Below are positions 1 through 9,690 of a stretch of 64,000 nt of DNA, piece by piece. This DNA is from Alphaproteobacteria bacterium (GTDB lineage: Bacteria; Pseudomonadota; Alphaproteobacteria; MPNO01; VGEU01): positions 49,234 to 113,233 of the forward strand of contig VGEU01000001.1 in assembly GCA_016869145.1 (NCBI GenBank). Reading direction: 5' to 3'. Below the pieces are notes generated by a model. It was not told the DNA's origin, made no database searches, and saw only the letters and a list, made by a program, of their open reading frames with translations. The position numbers were made by a program, and so were the translations under genes. Each line of letters opens with the position of its first letter. The first letter of the stretch is position 1.

Positions 1-2088
1 ATCGTAGACGATGTGCTCGAGCATCGCCTGGCCGATGCCCTGCGCGAGCCCGCCGTGCACCTGGCCCTCGACGATCATCGGGTTGATGATCCGGCCGGCG
101 TCGTCGGCGGTGAAGTAGTCGCGCACACGTATCGCGCCGGTCTCGATGTCGACGAAGACGACGGCGAGGTGCATCGCCTCGGGATCGTTGGTATCGGTCG
201 GCTCGTAGAATTCGGTCTCCTCGAGGCCGGGCGCGATCGAGCGGTCGGGAGGAAGCCGGGCCGCGTGATAGGCGATATCGGCGACCTCGGCGAAGCCGAC
301 CGCGCGGTCCGTGCCGCCGACGCGGAAGACGCCCGCCTCGTAGTCGAGATCTTCGGCCGCGCATTCGAGACGATGCGCCGCGATCCGCCGCGCCTTGTCG
401 CGGACCTTGCGGCAGGCGAGCGCGATCGCGACGCCACCGACGGAGGCCGAGCGCGAGCCCCAGGTGCCGTTGCCATAGGGCACCTGGTCGGTGTCGCCCT
501 CGACGAGGTCGATGTCGGCGATGTCGATGCCGAGCTCGTCGGCGGCGATCTGGCGAAAGGTGATGTTGTGGCCCTGGCCGTGGCTGTGACTGCCGGAGAA
601 CAGCGTCACCTTGCCGTCGCTGTGGACGCGGACGATCGCACTTTCATAGCCGCCATGTAGCCCGCCGCGCGTCGCGAGGTTGCGGCTCGATCCGGTCCCC
701 GACTTGTCGAGAAAGGCGGCGAGGCCGATCCCCATCCAGATGCCCGCGGCGCGGCAACGGGCCTGCTCGCGCCGGAGGGCCGCGTAGTCGGCGACCGCGA
801 GGAGCTTGTCGAGGAGTGCCGGCGGATCGCCGATATCGTAGGTCCGTCCGAGGAGGTTGGGATAAGGGAACTGGTCGGCCCGGATCAGGTTCTTCCGCCG
901 CACCTCGACCACATCGAGCCCCATCTCGCGCGCGCCGTTCTCGAGAAGCCGTTCGTTGACGAACGTCGCTTCCGGCCGCCCCGACCCGCGATAGGCATCG
1001 ACCGAGACCGTGTTGGTGTAGACCCCGCGCACGCGGAGATGCACGGCCGGCGTGGTGTAGAGCCCGGTCACCGTCTGCGGGTAGGAGTTGCCGGGGATCG
1101 ACGGCGCGAACTGGGTGAGATAGGCGCCGAGCGCGGCTATGGTGTCGACCTTCATGGCGACGATGCGCCCCTCGCGGTCGAAGGCCATCGCGGCCCTCGT
1201 ATGGTGGTCGCGCGCCTGGCTGTCGGACATGAACGCCTCCGACCGGCTCGACGTCCATTTGACCGGTCGGCCCATCAGCTTCGCGGCCCAGGTGACGACG
1301 GCACCCTCGGCGATGTGGATCTTGAGCCCGAAGCCGCCGCCCACGTCGGGCGCGACGACGCGGATGCGGTGCTCGGGCTCGAACAGGAGGAATTTGGCGA
1401 GCCAACGCCGGAAATAATGCGGGATCTGCGTCGTGCACCACAGCGTGAAGCGCTCGGTCTCGGCCTCGTATTGGGCGAGGAACGACCGCGTCTCCATCGG
1501 GTTGCCGAGGACGCGGTTGCTGACGAGGGTGAGCTCGGTGACGTGGTGGGCGTCGGCGAAGATCGCCTCGACCGCGGCCTGGTTCCCCTTCTCGATCTCG
1601 AACACGAGATTGGAGCCGATCTCGGTGTGAAGGACGAGCGCGTCGGTATCGAGCGCCCGCATCGTCTCGGTCACCGCCGGCAATGGCGCGTAGGCGACGG
1701 CGACCGCCTCGGCGCCGTCGAGCGCGGCATCGCGCGTCTCGCCGATCACGCATGCGACGACATCGCCGACATGGCAGACCTTGTCCTTGGCGAAGATCGG
1801 CTTGAGCTTCTCATTCATCGGCCGGCCGTCGCTGAACGGCATCGGATGAACGCAGACGAGCTTGCCGAGGCCCGCCTGTTCCCAGTCCGCGATGGTCAGA
1901 ACCCGGAGCACCCCGGCGTGCGCGCGCGCCGGGGACGCATCGACCGAGAGGATACGGGCGTGCGCGTGCGGGCTCCGGACGAAGGCCGCGTGCAGCATGT
2001 CGGGGAGCCGGATGTCGTCGACATAGCGGCCGCGGCCGGTGATGAAACGGCGGTCTTCCGGACGGCGCAGCGCCTTGCCGAAATACAT
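1..2088 (-). CDS. Xanthine dehydrogenase / CO dehydrogenase family molybdopterin-binding large subunit (CoxL-like). N-terminus is in the window; the gene runs off the window start.
   Basis: Manual minus-strand translation from ATG at 2086-2088 with a GGGGGA RBS. It gives MYFGKALRRPEDRRFITGRGRYVDDIRLPDMLHAAFVRSPHAHARI..., and further in GGGFG, GSGRPEA, SRSASVGG and QVHGG-type motifs typical of the Mo-hydroxylase large subunit. It is not in the ORF track because no stop lies inside the window. Confidence 0.75.
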   Translation of the reverse strand, partial: MYFGKALRRPEDRRFITGRGRYVDDIRLPDMLHAAFVRSPHAHARILSVDASPARAHAGVLRVLTIADWEQAGLGKLVCVHPMPFSDGRPMNEKLKPIFAKDKVCHVGDVVACVIGETRDAALDGAEAVAVAYAPLPAVTETMRALDTDALVLHTEIGSNLVFEIEKGNQAAVEAIFADAHHVTELTLVSNRVLGNPMETRSFLAQYEAETERFTLWCTTQIPHYFRRWLAKFLLFEPEHRIRVVAPDVGGGFGLKIHIAEGAVVTWAAKLMGRPVKWTSSRSEAFMSDSQARDHHTRAAMAFDREGRIVAMKVDTIAALGAYLTQFAPSIPGNSYPQTVTGLYTTPAVHLRVRGVYTNTVSVDAYRGSGRPEATFVNERLLENGAREMGLDVVEVRRKNLIRADQFPYPNLLGRTYDIGDPPALLDKLLAVADYAALRREQARCRAAGIWMGIGLAAFLDKSGTGSSRNLATRGGLHGGYESAIVRVHSDGKVTLFSGSHSHGQGHNITFRQIAADELGIDIADIDLVEGDTDQVPYGNGTWGSRSASVGGVAIALACRKVRDKARRIAAHRLECAAEDLDYEAGVFRVGGTDRAVGFAEVADIAYHAARLPPDRSIAPGLEETEFYEPTDTNDPEAMHLAVVFVDIETGAIRVRDYFTADDAGRIINPMIVEGQVHGGLAQGIGQAMLEHIVYD

Positions 2089-2231
2089 GCGTGATCCCCC
2101 TCCCGGTGGCGGCCTCCGTGAGCGTCGGATGGAACACCGACAGGTGTCAATCGGGCGTCGCGCCGGAGCTGCTTTCCTAAATCCGCGGCCGGCCCTACCT
2201 TGATGCCATCGACCTATGATGGGAGGAACGA

Positions 2232-3260
2232 ATGAAGATCACAGGGAGGCTTCCGGCGGCGGCCGCGGCGGCGGCGCTCGTCGCGACGCTCGGGCTCACG
2301 CAGGCGCGCGCCGATACGGCCGCGGACTTCTACCGCGGCAAGACGGTCACGCTCGTCGTCGCCTCGAGCCTCGGCGCCTCGCTCGGGCTCTACGGCCAGC
2401 TCGTCGTCGACCAGATCGGGAAATACATCCCCGGCAATCCGACCGTCATCATCCAGCCGCGTCCAGGCGGCGGCGGCACGGTCGGCGTCGCCCATGTCTT
2501 CAACGTCGCGCCCAAGGATGGGACGGTGTTCTGCCTCATCCTCGCCCCGAGCGTCGTGATGCCGCTCTTCCGCGACGTCAAGTTCGATGCCTCGAAGTTC
2601 CGCTGGGTCGGCTCGATCACGCAGCGCCCGGTGGTCGTCTCGGTGCTCGACAACGCGCCGGCCCGCACGCTCGCGGATGCGAGGAAGACCGAGGTGATCC
2701 TGGGCTCCTCCGGCAAGGGCTCGGAGACCTATCTCGCCCCGGCGCTGATGAACGAGATGCTCGGCACCAAGCTCAAGATCGTCACCGGCTATCAGGGCGG
2801 CGCCGATATCAACATCGCGATGGAACGCGGCGAGGTGCACGGCCGCATGCAGTATTGGGGCGGCTGGACCAGCGTGAAGGCCGACTGGCTCCGCGACGGC
2901 AAGCTCTTCCACTTCCTGCAATACGGGCCGAAGATCGCCGATCTCCCGAACGTGCCGAGCTTCCGTGACCTCGTGAAGACCGACGAGGAACGCCAGATCG
3001 TCGACCTCCTCGAGGTTTCGCCCAATATCGGCATGGCGTTCTTCATGGCCCCCGGCGTGCCCGACGATCGCTACAACGCGATGCGCAAGGCCTTCGAGGA
3101 CCTGATGAAGGATGCGGCCTTCAAGGAGTCCGTCGTCTCCAAGGGGCTCGAGTTCGGCCCGATCGCGGCCGACGAGCTTGCCCGCATCACCGAGCGCGCC
3201 TACCGGACACCGAAGCCGATCATCGAGCGCATGCGCGACATCTTCGGCTTTCCCGGCTGA
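2232..3260 (+). CDS. Periplasmic solute-binding protein, divergent TctC/Bug-like family (paralog 1 of 3)
   Basis: 342 aa with an N-terminal signal peptide (MKITGRLPAAAAAAALVATLGLTQARA). Motifs FYRGKTVTLVV, IPGNPTVIIQPRPGGGG and KIVTGYQGGADINIAMERGEVHG are shared with the paralogs at 5668-6747 and 50076-51113. The PGxGG...DGxT pattern resembles the TctC family. Confidence 0.8.
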   Translation: MKITGRLPAAAAAAALVATLGLTQARADTAADFYRGKTVTLVVASSLGASLGLYGQLVVDQIGKYIPGNPTVIIQPRPGGGGTVGVAHVFNVAPKDGTVFCLILAPSVVMPLFRDVKFDASKFRWVGSITQRPVVVSVLDNAPARTLADARKTEVILGSSGKGSETYLAPALMNEMLGTKLKIVTGYQGGADINIAMERGEVHGRMQYWGGWTSVKADWLRDGKLFHFLQYGPKIADLPNVPSFRDLVKTDEERQIVDLLEVSPNIGMAFFMAPGVPDDRYNAMRKAFEDLMKDAAFKESVVSKGLEFGPIAADELARITERAYRTPKPIIERMRDIFGFPG

Positions 3261-3317
3261 GCCTGTCGCAACGGAAGAGGGCCGCGGCGCGCGCCGCGAC
3301 CCTCGTCCTGTCGGGGT

Positions 3318-5411
3318 TCAGATCAGGTTGAGATAGAAGATCGAGCGGAGGCCCGGGAAGAGATCCCCCAGAAGCGTCTGCGGCCATGGCTGGACCAGGA
3401 TCAGATGGAACAGCACGTAGACGAAGATCCAGACAGGCACCACGATCTTGAGCGTCGTCACCAGGCTCTCTTTGCCCTGGATGTGCATGTAGGCGATCAG
3501 ATAGACGAGCATCCCCGGCAGGATCCCGATCGTCGCGGCGATCGCGAGATAGCCGAGAAGCCAGGCGAAGAACGCGAAGGTGCGCCCCCAGAACTGTTGC
3601 TTGGTGAGGCTGCTGTAGTCGGTCTGGAGGTCGAGGTGGCCGGTATCGACCTGCTGCTGGCGACGCGGATCGAAGGCGAGGAACGCCTCCTTGGGCTTGT
3701 CGGCCGGCACATCGCCGCGCACCGGCTTGAACAGAAACCCGATCGCGAGCATCGCGACGGTGAAGACGACGCCGGACCACGCGATCACCTGCGGCACGAG
3801 CCGCGCGCCGAACTCCCAGCCGCGCGAGGACCACAGCGCATAGGCGAAGAACAGGAACACGAGGAACGTGAACACGAGATCGGGCGAGATATTGCCCGGG
3901 CTCCAGCGCAGCCGGGGCCCGCCGCTGCCGCGCGCCATGAACGAGCGGATGATCGGCGACAGGATGCCGTAGAGCGTCAGCAGCAGCATGACGACGACGA
4001 CCGGCCGCCACATCCAGCTCGCGCCATAGCGCTCGACCGAGATGAACATGTAGCGCTCAATCAGGCCGCCCAGGATGAATCCGAGCAGCATCGGCGGCCG
4101 CGGCCATTTGAGAAGCTTCATGATCCAGGCGAGCACGCCGATGCCGAGGAGAACATAGAGGTCGCCCCACGACTTCGAGCCCTCCATCGCGCCGATATAG
4201 GTGATGCCCATGATCAGCGGCACGAGGATGCTGGCGCGCACCAGCGCGAGCTTGGCGAGCTGGTTGGCGAAGAAGAAGCAGATGCCGGCGCCGAAGATGT
4301 TGGCGACTGCGATCGACCACACCAGCGTGTAGGTGATGTTGAGATTCTTGGTCAGCATCTCCGGACCCGGCACGATGCCGTGGATCAGGAAGGCGCCGAG
4401 AATGAGGGCCTGCGAGGCCGATCCGGGCACGCCGAAGGCGACCGTCGGAACGAGCGCGCCGCCCTCGCGAGCGTTGTTGGACGCCTCGGAGGCGATCACG
4501 CCGCGGATATCGCCGCGGCCGAAGGTCTCCTGCGCGCCTTTCTCGGTCCGGGCGGCATGGCCGTAGGCGATCCAGTCGACGACCGAGGACGACATGCCGG
4601 GGACGGTGCCGAGGCCTGCGCCTATCGCCGAGCAGCGGCACATCAGGAACCAGTGCTTCATCACGTCCTTGAAGCCCTCAATCTGGGCCGCCTTGGTCGT
4701 GATCATCGCCTTCTTGGCAACCGTCGACTGGGTGATCGCGAGATCGGCGATCTCGGGGATCGCGAACACGCCGAGGGCGATCGGGACGACGGAGAGCCCG
4801 TCCCAGAGATAGAGGGTGTCGAAGGTCCAGCGCAGCGTTCCCGTCTGCGGGTCGTCACCGACGGTCGCGAGCAGGATGCCCATCGCCGCGGCCGAGAGGC
4901 CCTTGAGCGGCGAGGAGCCGCTGAGCACGGCGACCAGCGAGAGGCCGAACAGGCAGAACGACAAGAGCTCCGGCGAGCCGACCAGGAGCACGATCGGCCG
5001 GAGCACCGGCACGAGAAGGCCGAGGAGGAGCGCCCCGAACAGCCCGCCGAGAACCGACGCCCCGAAGGCGGCGCCGAAGGCACGGCCGGCCTCGCCCTTG
5101 CGCGCCAACGGATAGCCGTCGAGCACGGTCGCGGCACAGCCGACGCTGCCCGGGACCCCGAACAGGATCGCCGGAATGCTGTCGGAGGTGACGTTGACCG
5201 CGAGCACGCCCACCATCATCGCGAGCGCCGCATAGGGGTCCATGTCGAAGGAGAACGGCAGGAGGATCGACAGCGCGACGATGCCGCCGATGCCGGGGAC
5301 GATGCCGACGAAGAGGCCGATCGCGACGCCCAGCACCAGGAAGACGAGCCGGGGCGGATCGAACAGGATGCCGAGGGCCGTCAGCGCGGAACCCAGCATG
5401 TCGACTTCCAT
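3318..5411 (-). CDS. Tripartite tricarboxylate transporter large permease (TctA family) with a C-terminal TctB-like small-permease extension (fused TctA-TctB)
   Basis: Start chosen at MEVDMLGSALT (M46 of the 742-aa ORF; RBS GGAGAGG). The TctA signature GIVPGIGGIVALSILLPFSF is present. About 500 aa of TctA-like TM helices are followed by about 200 aa of an extra hydrophobic 4-TM domain. Confidence 0.8.
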   Translation of the reverse strand: MEVDMLGSALTALGILFDPPRLVFLVLGVAIGLFVGIVPGIGGIVALSILLPFSFDMDPYAALAMMVGVLAVNVTSDSIPAILFGVPGSVGCAATVLDGYPLARKGEAGRAFGAAFGASVLGGLFGALLLGLLVPVLRPIVLLVGSPELLSFCLFGLSLVAVLSGSSPLKGLSAAAMGILLATVGDDPQTGTLRWTFDTLYLWDGLSVVPIALGVFAIPEIADLAITQSTVAKKAMITTKAAQIEGFKDVMKHWFLMCRCSAIGAGLGTVPGMSSSVVDWIAYGHAARTEKGAQETFGRGDIRGVIASEASNNAREGGALVPTVAFGVPGSASQALILGAFLIHGIVPGPEMLTKNLNITYTLVWSIAVANIFGAGICFFFANQLAKLALVRASILVPLIMGITYIGAMEGSKSWGDLYVLLGIGVLAWIMKLLKWPRPPMLLGFILGGLIERYMFISVERYGASWMWRPVVVVMLLLTLYGILSPIIRSFMARGSGGPRLRWSPGNISPDLVFTFLVFLFFAYALWSSRGWEFGARLVPQVIAWSGVVFTVAMLAIGFLFKPVRGDVPADKPKEAFLAFDPRRQQQVDTGHLDLQTDYSSLTKQQFWGRTFAFFAWLLGYLAIAATIGILPGMLVYLIAYMHIQGKESLVTTLKIVVPVWIFVYVLFHLILVQPWPQTLLGDLFPGLRSIFYLNLI

Positions 5412-5620
5412 GAACCTCTCCCCGTTCCTGGCTGTGGCCATAGCCCTCTCGGCGGGACCTTTGGTCGGCGTCGATGTCGCCGTCGCGTATGGTCGCGCGC
5501 CGTTTTTGCGGCTCGCGATCCGAGCCGAAACACCCAGCGCTGTCAATACGCGGATATGAACGGCCCGGCGCTGCGACGTTCGGCGTCACCGGTCCAGGGC
5601 CCGCCGCGCGGCCCCGATCC

Positions 5621-5671
5621 GGGTCAGGTCACCGGGTCATGTCACCGGGCAAGATCACCGGGTCATGTCAC
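5621..5671. repeat. Short direct repeats (TCACCGGG x3; GGTCATGTCAC x2) overlapping the stop codon of the binding-protein gene and lying in the 256-nt gap before the tctA-like gene
   Basis: Sequence gggtcaggtcaccgggtcatgtcaccgggcaagatcaccgggtcatgtcac read directly. Confidence 0.6.
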
Positions 5672-6747
5672 TTGCGGCCGATCGCCTGCTTCACCGCGGC
5701 CTTGGCCTCCGGCGAGGTCTTGGCGAGCTGGGCGAGATAGCTCCGCCCATCCTCGGGGCTCACGAGCTCCGGCTGCACCCCGATCACCCGCACATGGTCG
5801 TCGAGGAAATCCTTGTCTTTCATGAGTGAAACAAACGCCTTGTAGAGCTCGTTTATGGGCTCCGCCGGCGTGTTGGGCGGCATCAGTATGCCGCGCGACA
5901 GCCGCGTCGAGACGTCGGTAATAACCCGGTAGGCCTCGTATTGCGGGCCGGACGGCTTCTTACCGTGCGCCTCGGCGTAGACATCGGCGAAGGATTTGAT
6001 CCCCTGCCGCTCGTGCTCGGCGCTGCCGATCTCGCGGCCGTCGGGCGTGGAGACGCCATAGACCCACATCGGCATCGCGTGGCCGGGCCGGATCAGGTTG
6101 GGAAGCACCTGGCTGTAGAACGCGGGCGCCGAGCTCGATGTGAAATTGATCTCGCGCCGCTCCATCGCCTGGTTCACCTCGCCCGCCGACTGGAACCCGG
6201 TCACGACCTTGAACTTGGCGCCCATCATGTCGAGCGTGAGATGGAGCCGGACATCGTGGTTCGAGGACGCGGCGTAGCCGGCGGCGAACACATCGAACCC
6301 TTTCGCCATGTCGGCGGGTTTGGCGATCCCCGGCTTGATGTCCTTCCGACCATAAGCGACGATCCAGCCGCCGAGACCGGCGACGAGCCCGAACTTCTCG
6401 TACGGCACGCGGAGCACCGGGTCGTCGACCATCGGGGCGATCGGGTTGAGCGTGACGAACCCGACGGTCAGCCCGTCCGGCTTGCCCAGCACCCCCATCC
6501 CGAGCTGGTTGATCGCCGACATGCCCCCGGCACCTGCCACGTTCTGAACGACGATGGTGGGATTGCCCGGGATGTGCTTGGCCAGATGGCGGACATAGAC
6601 GCGCGCCTCGGTGTCGATGTTGCCACCGGCGCCGTAGTTGACGACGACGGCGAGGATCTTGCCCTCGTAGAAATTGGCCGCGTTCGCGGGGCCGGCCATT
6701 GCAGCCAGCACCAACGCGAACGCCAGTACCGAACGACGCTTGGTCAT
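5668..6747 (-). CDS. Periplasmic solute-binding protein, divergent TctC/Bug-like family (paralog 2 of 3)
   Basis: 359 aa with signal peptide MTKRRSVLAFALVLAAMAGPANA. Motifs FYEGKILAVVV, IPGNPTIVVQNVAGAGG and KVVTGFQSAGEVNQAMERREI. It lies upstream of the fused tctA-like gene on the same strand. Confidence 0.85.
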   Translation of the reverse strand: MTKRRSVLAFALVLAAMAGPANAANFYEGKILAVVVNYGAGGNIDTEARVYVRHLAKHIPGNPTIVVQNVAGAGGMSAINQLGMGVLGKPDGLTVGFVTLNPIAPMVDDPVLRVPYEKFGLVAGLGGWIVAYGRKDIKPGIAKPADMAKGFDVFAAGYAASSNHDVRLHLTLDMMGAKFKVVTGFQSAGEVNQAMERREINFTSSSAPAFYSQVLPNLIRPGHAMPMWVYGVSTPDGREIGSAEHERQGIKSFADVYAEAHGKKPSGPQYEAYRVITDVSTRLSRGILMPPNTPAEPINELYKAFVSLMKDKDFLDDHVRVIGVQPELVSPEDGRSYLAQLAKTSPEAKAAVKQAIGRK

Positions 6748-6810
6748 GGAGCCTCCTCCCGGACGACGCCGACGCGCCGCCCGCCCGACGATGGGTTGAA
6801 CGCGACAGAC

Positions 6811-7983
6811 CTAGTCCGGCCAGGCCTCCAGAAGCTCGATCGGCTCGCCGTACTGGCGCGCGGCCTTGATCACGCGCTCGGTCCGGAGCGCGGTCAGGAA
6901 GCCGTCCCGGATCAGGACGTTGTTTCCGGCCGTGACGGTCGAATCGAGGCTGATGAGGTCCATGTGGACCGGCGGCTCCTCCCAGTGCGGAATCACCTTC
7001 TTGACGTACTCGGAGGGCTTGGCGAGCTCGATCCCCCAGTGCAACGCGCCGGTATTGTTCGAGCCCGCGGGATAGATGCCGGTGCGCGGCGCTTTCGGGT
7101 TGAAACCGCAGCCGAGCTCCTGCAACACGCCGCCGACCAGCATGTCGCGGAGGATCTCCGCCTCCTTCGAGCGTCCCTCGACGCGGGTGATCTTGTCCTT
7201 CTCGAAGATGACGGCGATCTTTTCCTTGAACGGCTCGGGGAAGCCGACCGCCCATTGCGGATAGAACACGCCCTCGACGTCGTTGACCGCGTGCTTGTCG
7301 GCCTTGGTCTGGCGGTCATAGACATTTGGCCCGTGCGTCGGCAGCCAGTGGACATAGGCGCCGGGCTCGTCCGCCGTCATGTGGCCGCGCCAGCGCGTCT
7401 GATCGAGCATCCGGTTCCGCATGTCGGGGGTGAACCGCGCCCGCCAGTCGGAACCGCGCGGATCGGTGATCTTCAGCTCGAAGTTCTCGTTCTCGGGATA
7501 CATGTCCCGCGTGGCGCGGATGATCTCTCCGACGAGATCGACCGGGAAGCGTGCCTGCGGCGTCTTCAGCATGTCGAGATTGCGGAAATACGTGATCTTG
7601 ACCGAGCGCTGACCGGTGTCGCGGCGGACCTTGAGGCAATAGTCGTCGCCGATCGAGGCGAACCAGGTCGTGACGACGAATGTCGCCTTCTCATAGGCCT
7701 GCTTGAGCTCGTCGGGAAACACGCCGGAGTTCCAGTCGTGGCGCATGTACTCGTCCGGCTGCACGCCGCGAGCCCGGCAAAGCCCGCGGATCGCGTGGAA
7801 CACGCGCGGATCGATCAGCGGGTCGGACAGGAAGACGACCTTGTCGCTGGGCCGGATCGCGAACACCTTGTTGAAATTGTCGATCGCCTGGAAGTACTCG
7901 GCGACGCGGGTCGTCTCGAACGGATTGGGCGGCGTGATCGCCGTCCCCATGATCTTATGCTGGTCGACCGGATATTCGATCAT
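6811..7983 (-). CDS. Hypothetical protein, M29 aminopeptidase-T / NicX (2,5-dihydroxypyridine dioxygenase)-like fold (tentative)
   Basis: Start at MIEYPVDQHK (M60 of the 449-aa ORF; RBS GGGAG; 4-nt ATGA overlap with the upstream ykgJ-like gene). The C-terminal region (GSNNTGALHWGIE ... VHMDLISLD) resembles the GxNxS/TxxHxD metal-site pattern of the M29/NicX family. This is a weak assignment made from memory. Confidence 0.5.
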   Translation of the reverse strand: MIEYPVDQHKIMGTAITPPNPFETTRVAEYFQAIDNFNKVFAIRPSDKVVFLSDPLIDPRVFHAIRGLCRARGVQPDEYMRHDWNSGVFPDELKQAYEKATFVVTTWFASIGDDYCLKVRRDTGQRSVKITYFRNLDMLKTPQARFPVDLVGEIIRATRDMYPENENFELKITDPRGSDWRARFTPDMRNRMLDQTRWRGHMTADEPGAYVHWLPTHGPNVYDRQTKADKHAVNDVEGVFYPQWAVGFPEPFKEKIAVIFEKDKITRVEGRSKEAEILRDMLVGGVLQELGCGFNPKAPRTGIYPAGSNNTGALHWGIELAKPSEYVKKVIPHWEEPPVHMDLISLDSTVTAGNNVLIRDGFLTALRTERVIKAARQYGEPIELLEAWPD

Positions 7984-8387
7984 CGCTTGCTCCCGATGCC
8001 CTTGGTGACGGACTGACGGTCGTGCGGCTCGCCCGCTTCGCGCGGGTCGAGGAGCTTGTAGCGGCGGGCGAGATCGTGACCGGCCGCGCGCGACAATGGC
8101 TCGAGTGGCCCGCGACCGTGCGGGCAACGCATGTCCTCGACGGCGCCGAACAATCGGCACATGAACGGTCGTCGATCGTGGATATCACAGCGGCCCTGGA
8201 GCGACAACGGGCAGCGCCCGTCGTCGGGGAGCGCGGGCACCGCGTCGAGACCGCCGCGGCGGAGCTCGTGCGCGGTCCACGGCACCGGCCCGCAGCAATC
8301 GGTGCAGCCCTCGATGCAGATGAAGGACGGGATCTTCTTGTACAGGCGCTCGTGGCGCTTCGCGTCCCTCGCCCGGTCGGCCATCAT
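7980..8387 (-). CDS. YkgJ-family (UPF0153) CxxCxxCC zinc/iron-sulfur cluster protein
   Basis: 135 aa; the CIEGCTDCC motif (CxxCxxCC) plus additional Cys residues. It is translationally coupled to the downstream gene. Confidence 0.7.
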   Translation of the reverse strand: MMADRARDAKRHERLYKKIPSFICIEGCTDCCGPVPWTAHELRRGGLDAVPALPDDGRCPLSLQGRCDIHDRRPFMCRLFGAVEDMRCPHGRGPLEPLSRAAGHDLARRYKLLDPREAGEPHDRQSVTKGIGSKR

Positions 8388-8451
8388 CGCCCCCCTCGCC
8401 GGTCGAGGCGACGGCGACCGCCGCGCGCCCCGGTCGCGTATGCCCTCCCGG

Positions 8452-9690
8452 TCACGCAGGCGGCTTGTAGCTCGGAAACCGCTCGCTGACGTCGAGGTTG
8501 AACAGCCGTCGCGCGTTCTCGCCGAGGATGTTGCGCTTGGCCTTCTCCGACAGGAACGGAAGGTCCCATACGGTGTTGGGCAGATCCATATCCCAGTGCG
8601 GATAGTCGGAGGCGTAGAGAAGTTGCGTCTCGGCGTTGATGGCCCGGAACGTCGCCTCGAGGAGGTAGGTGTCGTTGGCGTGGTCGGGCCGTTCCATCGG
8701 CTGGGTCGTATAATACATCTCGCGCATGTATTCGGACGGCAGCCGCTTGAGCGAGGGACACTCCGAGGAACGCATGCGGAACTCGGTGTCGATCCGCTGC
8801 ATCAGCCACGGCACCCAGGCGATCCCCGACTCGATCCAGATCGTCTTGAGCTTCGGGAACCGCTCGGGGAGCCCGTTGACCACCCAGTTGGTGCAGTGGA
8901 CGACATTGTGCCAGGTGAAGCCGAGGGCGTGGACGGCGATGAAGCGGTTGCAGTTCTTGAGCAGCGGATCGTCCCAATTGAAGCCGGAATGGAATCCGAT
9001 CGGCTTGCCCATCTCCTCGCAGAGCGCATAGATCTTCATGTAGTCGTTGTCGTGGATCGGCTTGTGGCGGACCGTCGTCACCATGAAGCCGATGACGCCC
9101 GGGCAGTCGCCGAAGTCCTGGACCATCCGATAGGCCGCCTCGTGGTCGTTGAGCGGGAGGAACAGCATGGTCTTTATGCGCGACGAGCCGGGCAGGACCT
9201 TCTCGACGAGCCAGCGGTTATAGGCGCGCGCCAGGTTGGCCTCGACCTCGGCCTGCGGGTGCATGGCGAGACCGAGCATCGGGGTCGGGAACATGCAGGT
9301 GTAGTCGACGCCCATCGCATCCATCCAGCGATGGGTCAGATGGACGTCGCGGTGGCGGCCGTCCTTGGGCGTCGGCTCGATCCGGCGCAACGGATAGCGC
9401 GTGACGCGCCCGCCGATGTCCTGATAGCCGACGCGGCCCATCGAGAACATGCCACCGCGCTGGTTGACCAGGCGGCTCGCCTCGGCGAGCTGCTTGAGGA
9501 CCGGGTCCTCGATGAACTCGATGATCTCGCCGTAGGAATCGCTCTCGTAATGGTGCGAGTCGACATCGATGATCAGGACGTCCTGGAACTTCCGCTCGTC
9601 GCGTTGGCGCGCGGCATTGGCGAGGAGCGTCGTGGTGTCGAAGCTCTCGACACTGTGCTTGTAGTACTGCTCGCTGGTCGGAAGGTCCAT
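8452..9690 (-). CDS. Amidohydrolase_2 (ACMSD/LigW-type metal-dependent decarboxylase/hydrolase family) protein
   Basis: 412 aa. The N-terminus has IIDVDSHHYES, an internal HSGF motif and a C-terminal SDYPHWD motif, all typical of PF04909 amidohydrolase 2. Confidence 0.85.
   Translation of the reverse strand: MDLPTSEQYYKHSVESFDTTTLLANAARQRDERKFQDVLIIDVDSHHYESDSYGEIIEFIEDPVLKQLAEASRLVNQRGGMFSMGRVGYQDIGGRVTRYPLRRIEPTPKDGRHRDVHLTHRWMDAMGVDYTCMFPTPMLGLAMHPQAEVEANLARAYNRWLVEKVLPGSSRIKTMLFLPLNDHEAAYRMVQDFGDCPGVIGFMVTTVRHKPIHDNDYMKIYALCEEMGKPIGFHSGFNWDDPLLKNCNRFIAVHALGFTWHNVVHCTNWVVNGLPERFPKLKTIWIESGIAWVPWLMQRIDTEFRMRSSECPSLKRLPSEYMREMYYTTQPMERPDHANDTYLLEATFRAINAETQLLYASDYPHWDMDLPNTVWDLPFLSEKAKRNILGENARRLFNLDVSERFPSYKPPA

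Noticed and set aside
644-2094. 369-aa minus-strand and 351-aa plus-strand ORFs at the window start
   Set aside because: Both are alternative-frame or antisense products. The real gene here is the CoxL-like subunit read in the third minus-strand frame from ATG 2088.
5621-5671. Possible CRISPR-like array
   Set aside because: Only 2-3 very short (8-11 bp) overlapping direct repeats with no spacers of regular length. Not a CRISPR array.
3405-5825. 806-aa plus-strand ORF
   Set aside because: Antisense to the TctA-family permease. Composition is biased (D/E/R/H-rich) and no motifs are present.
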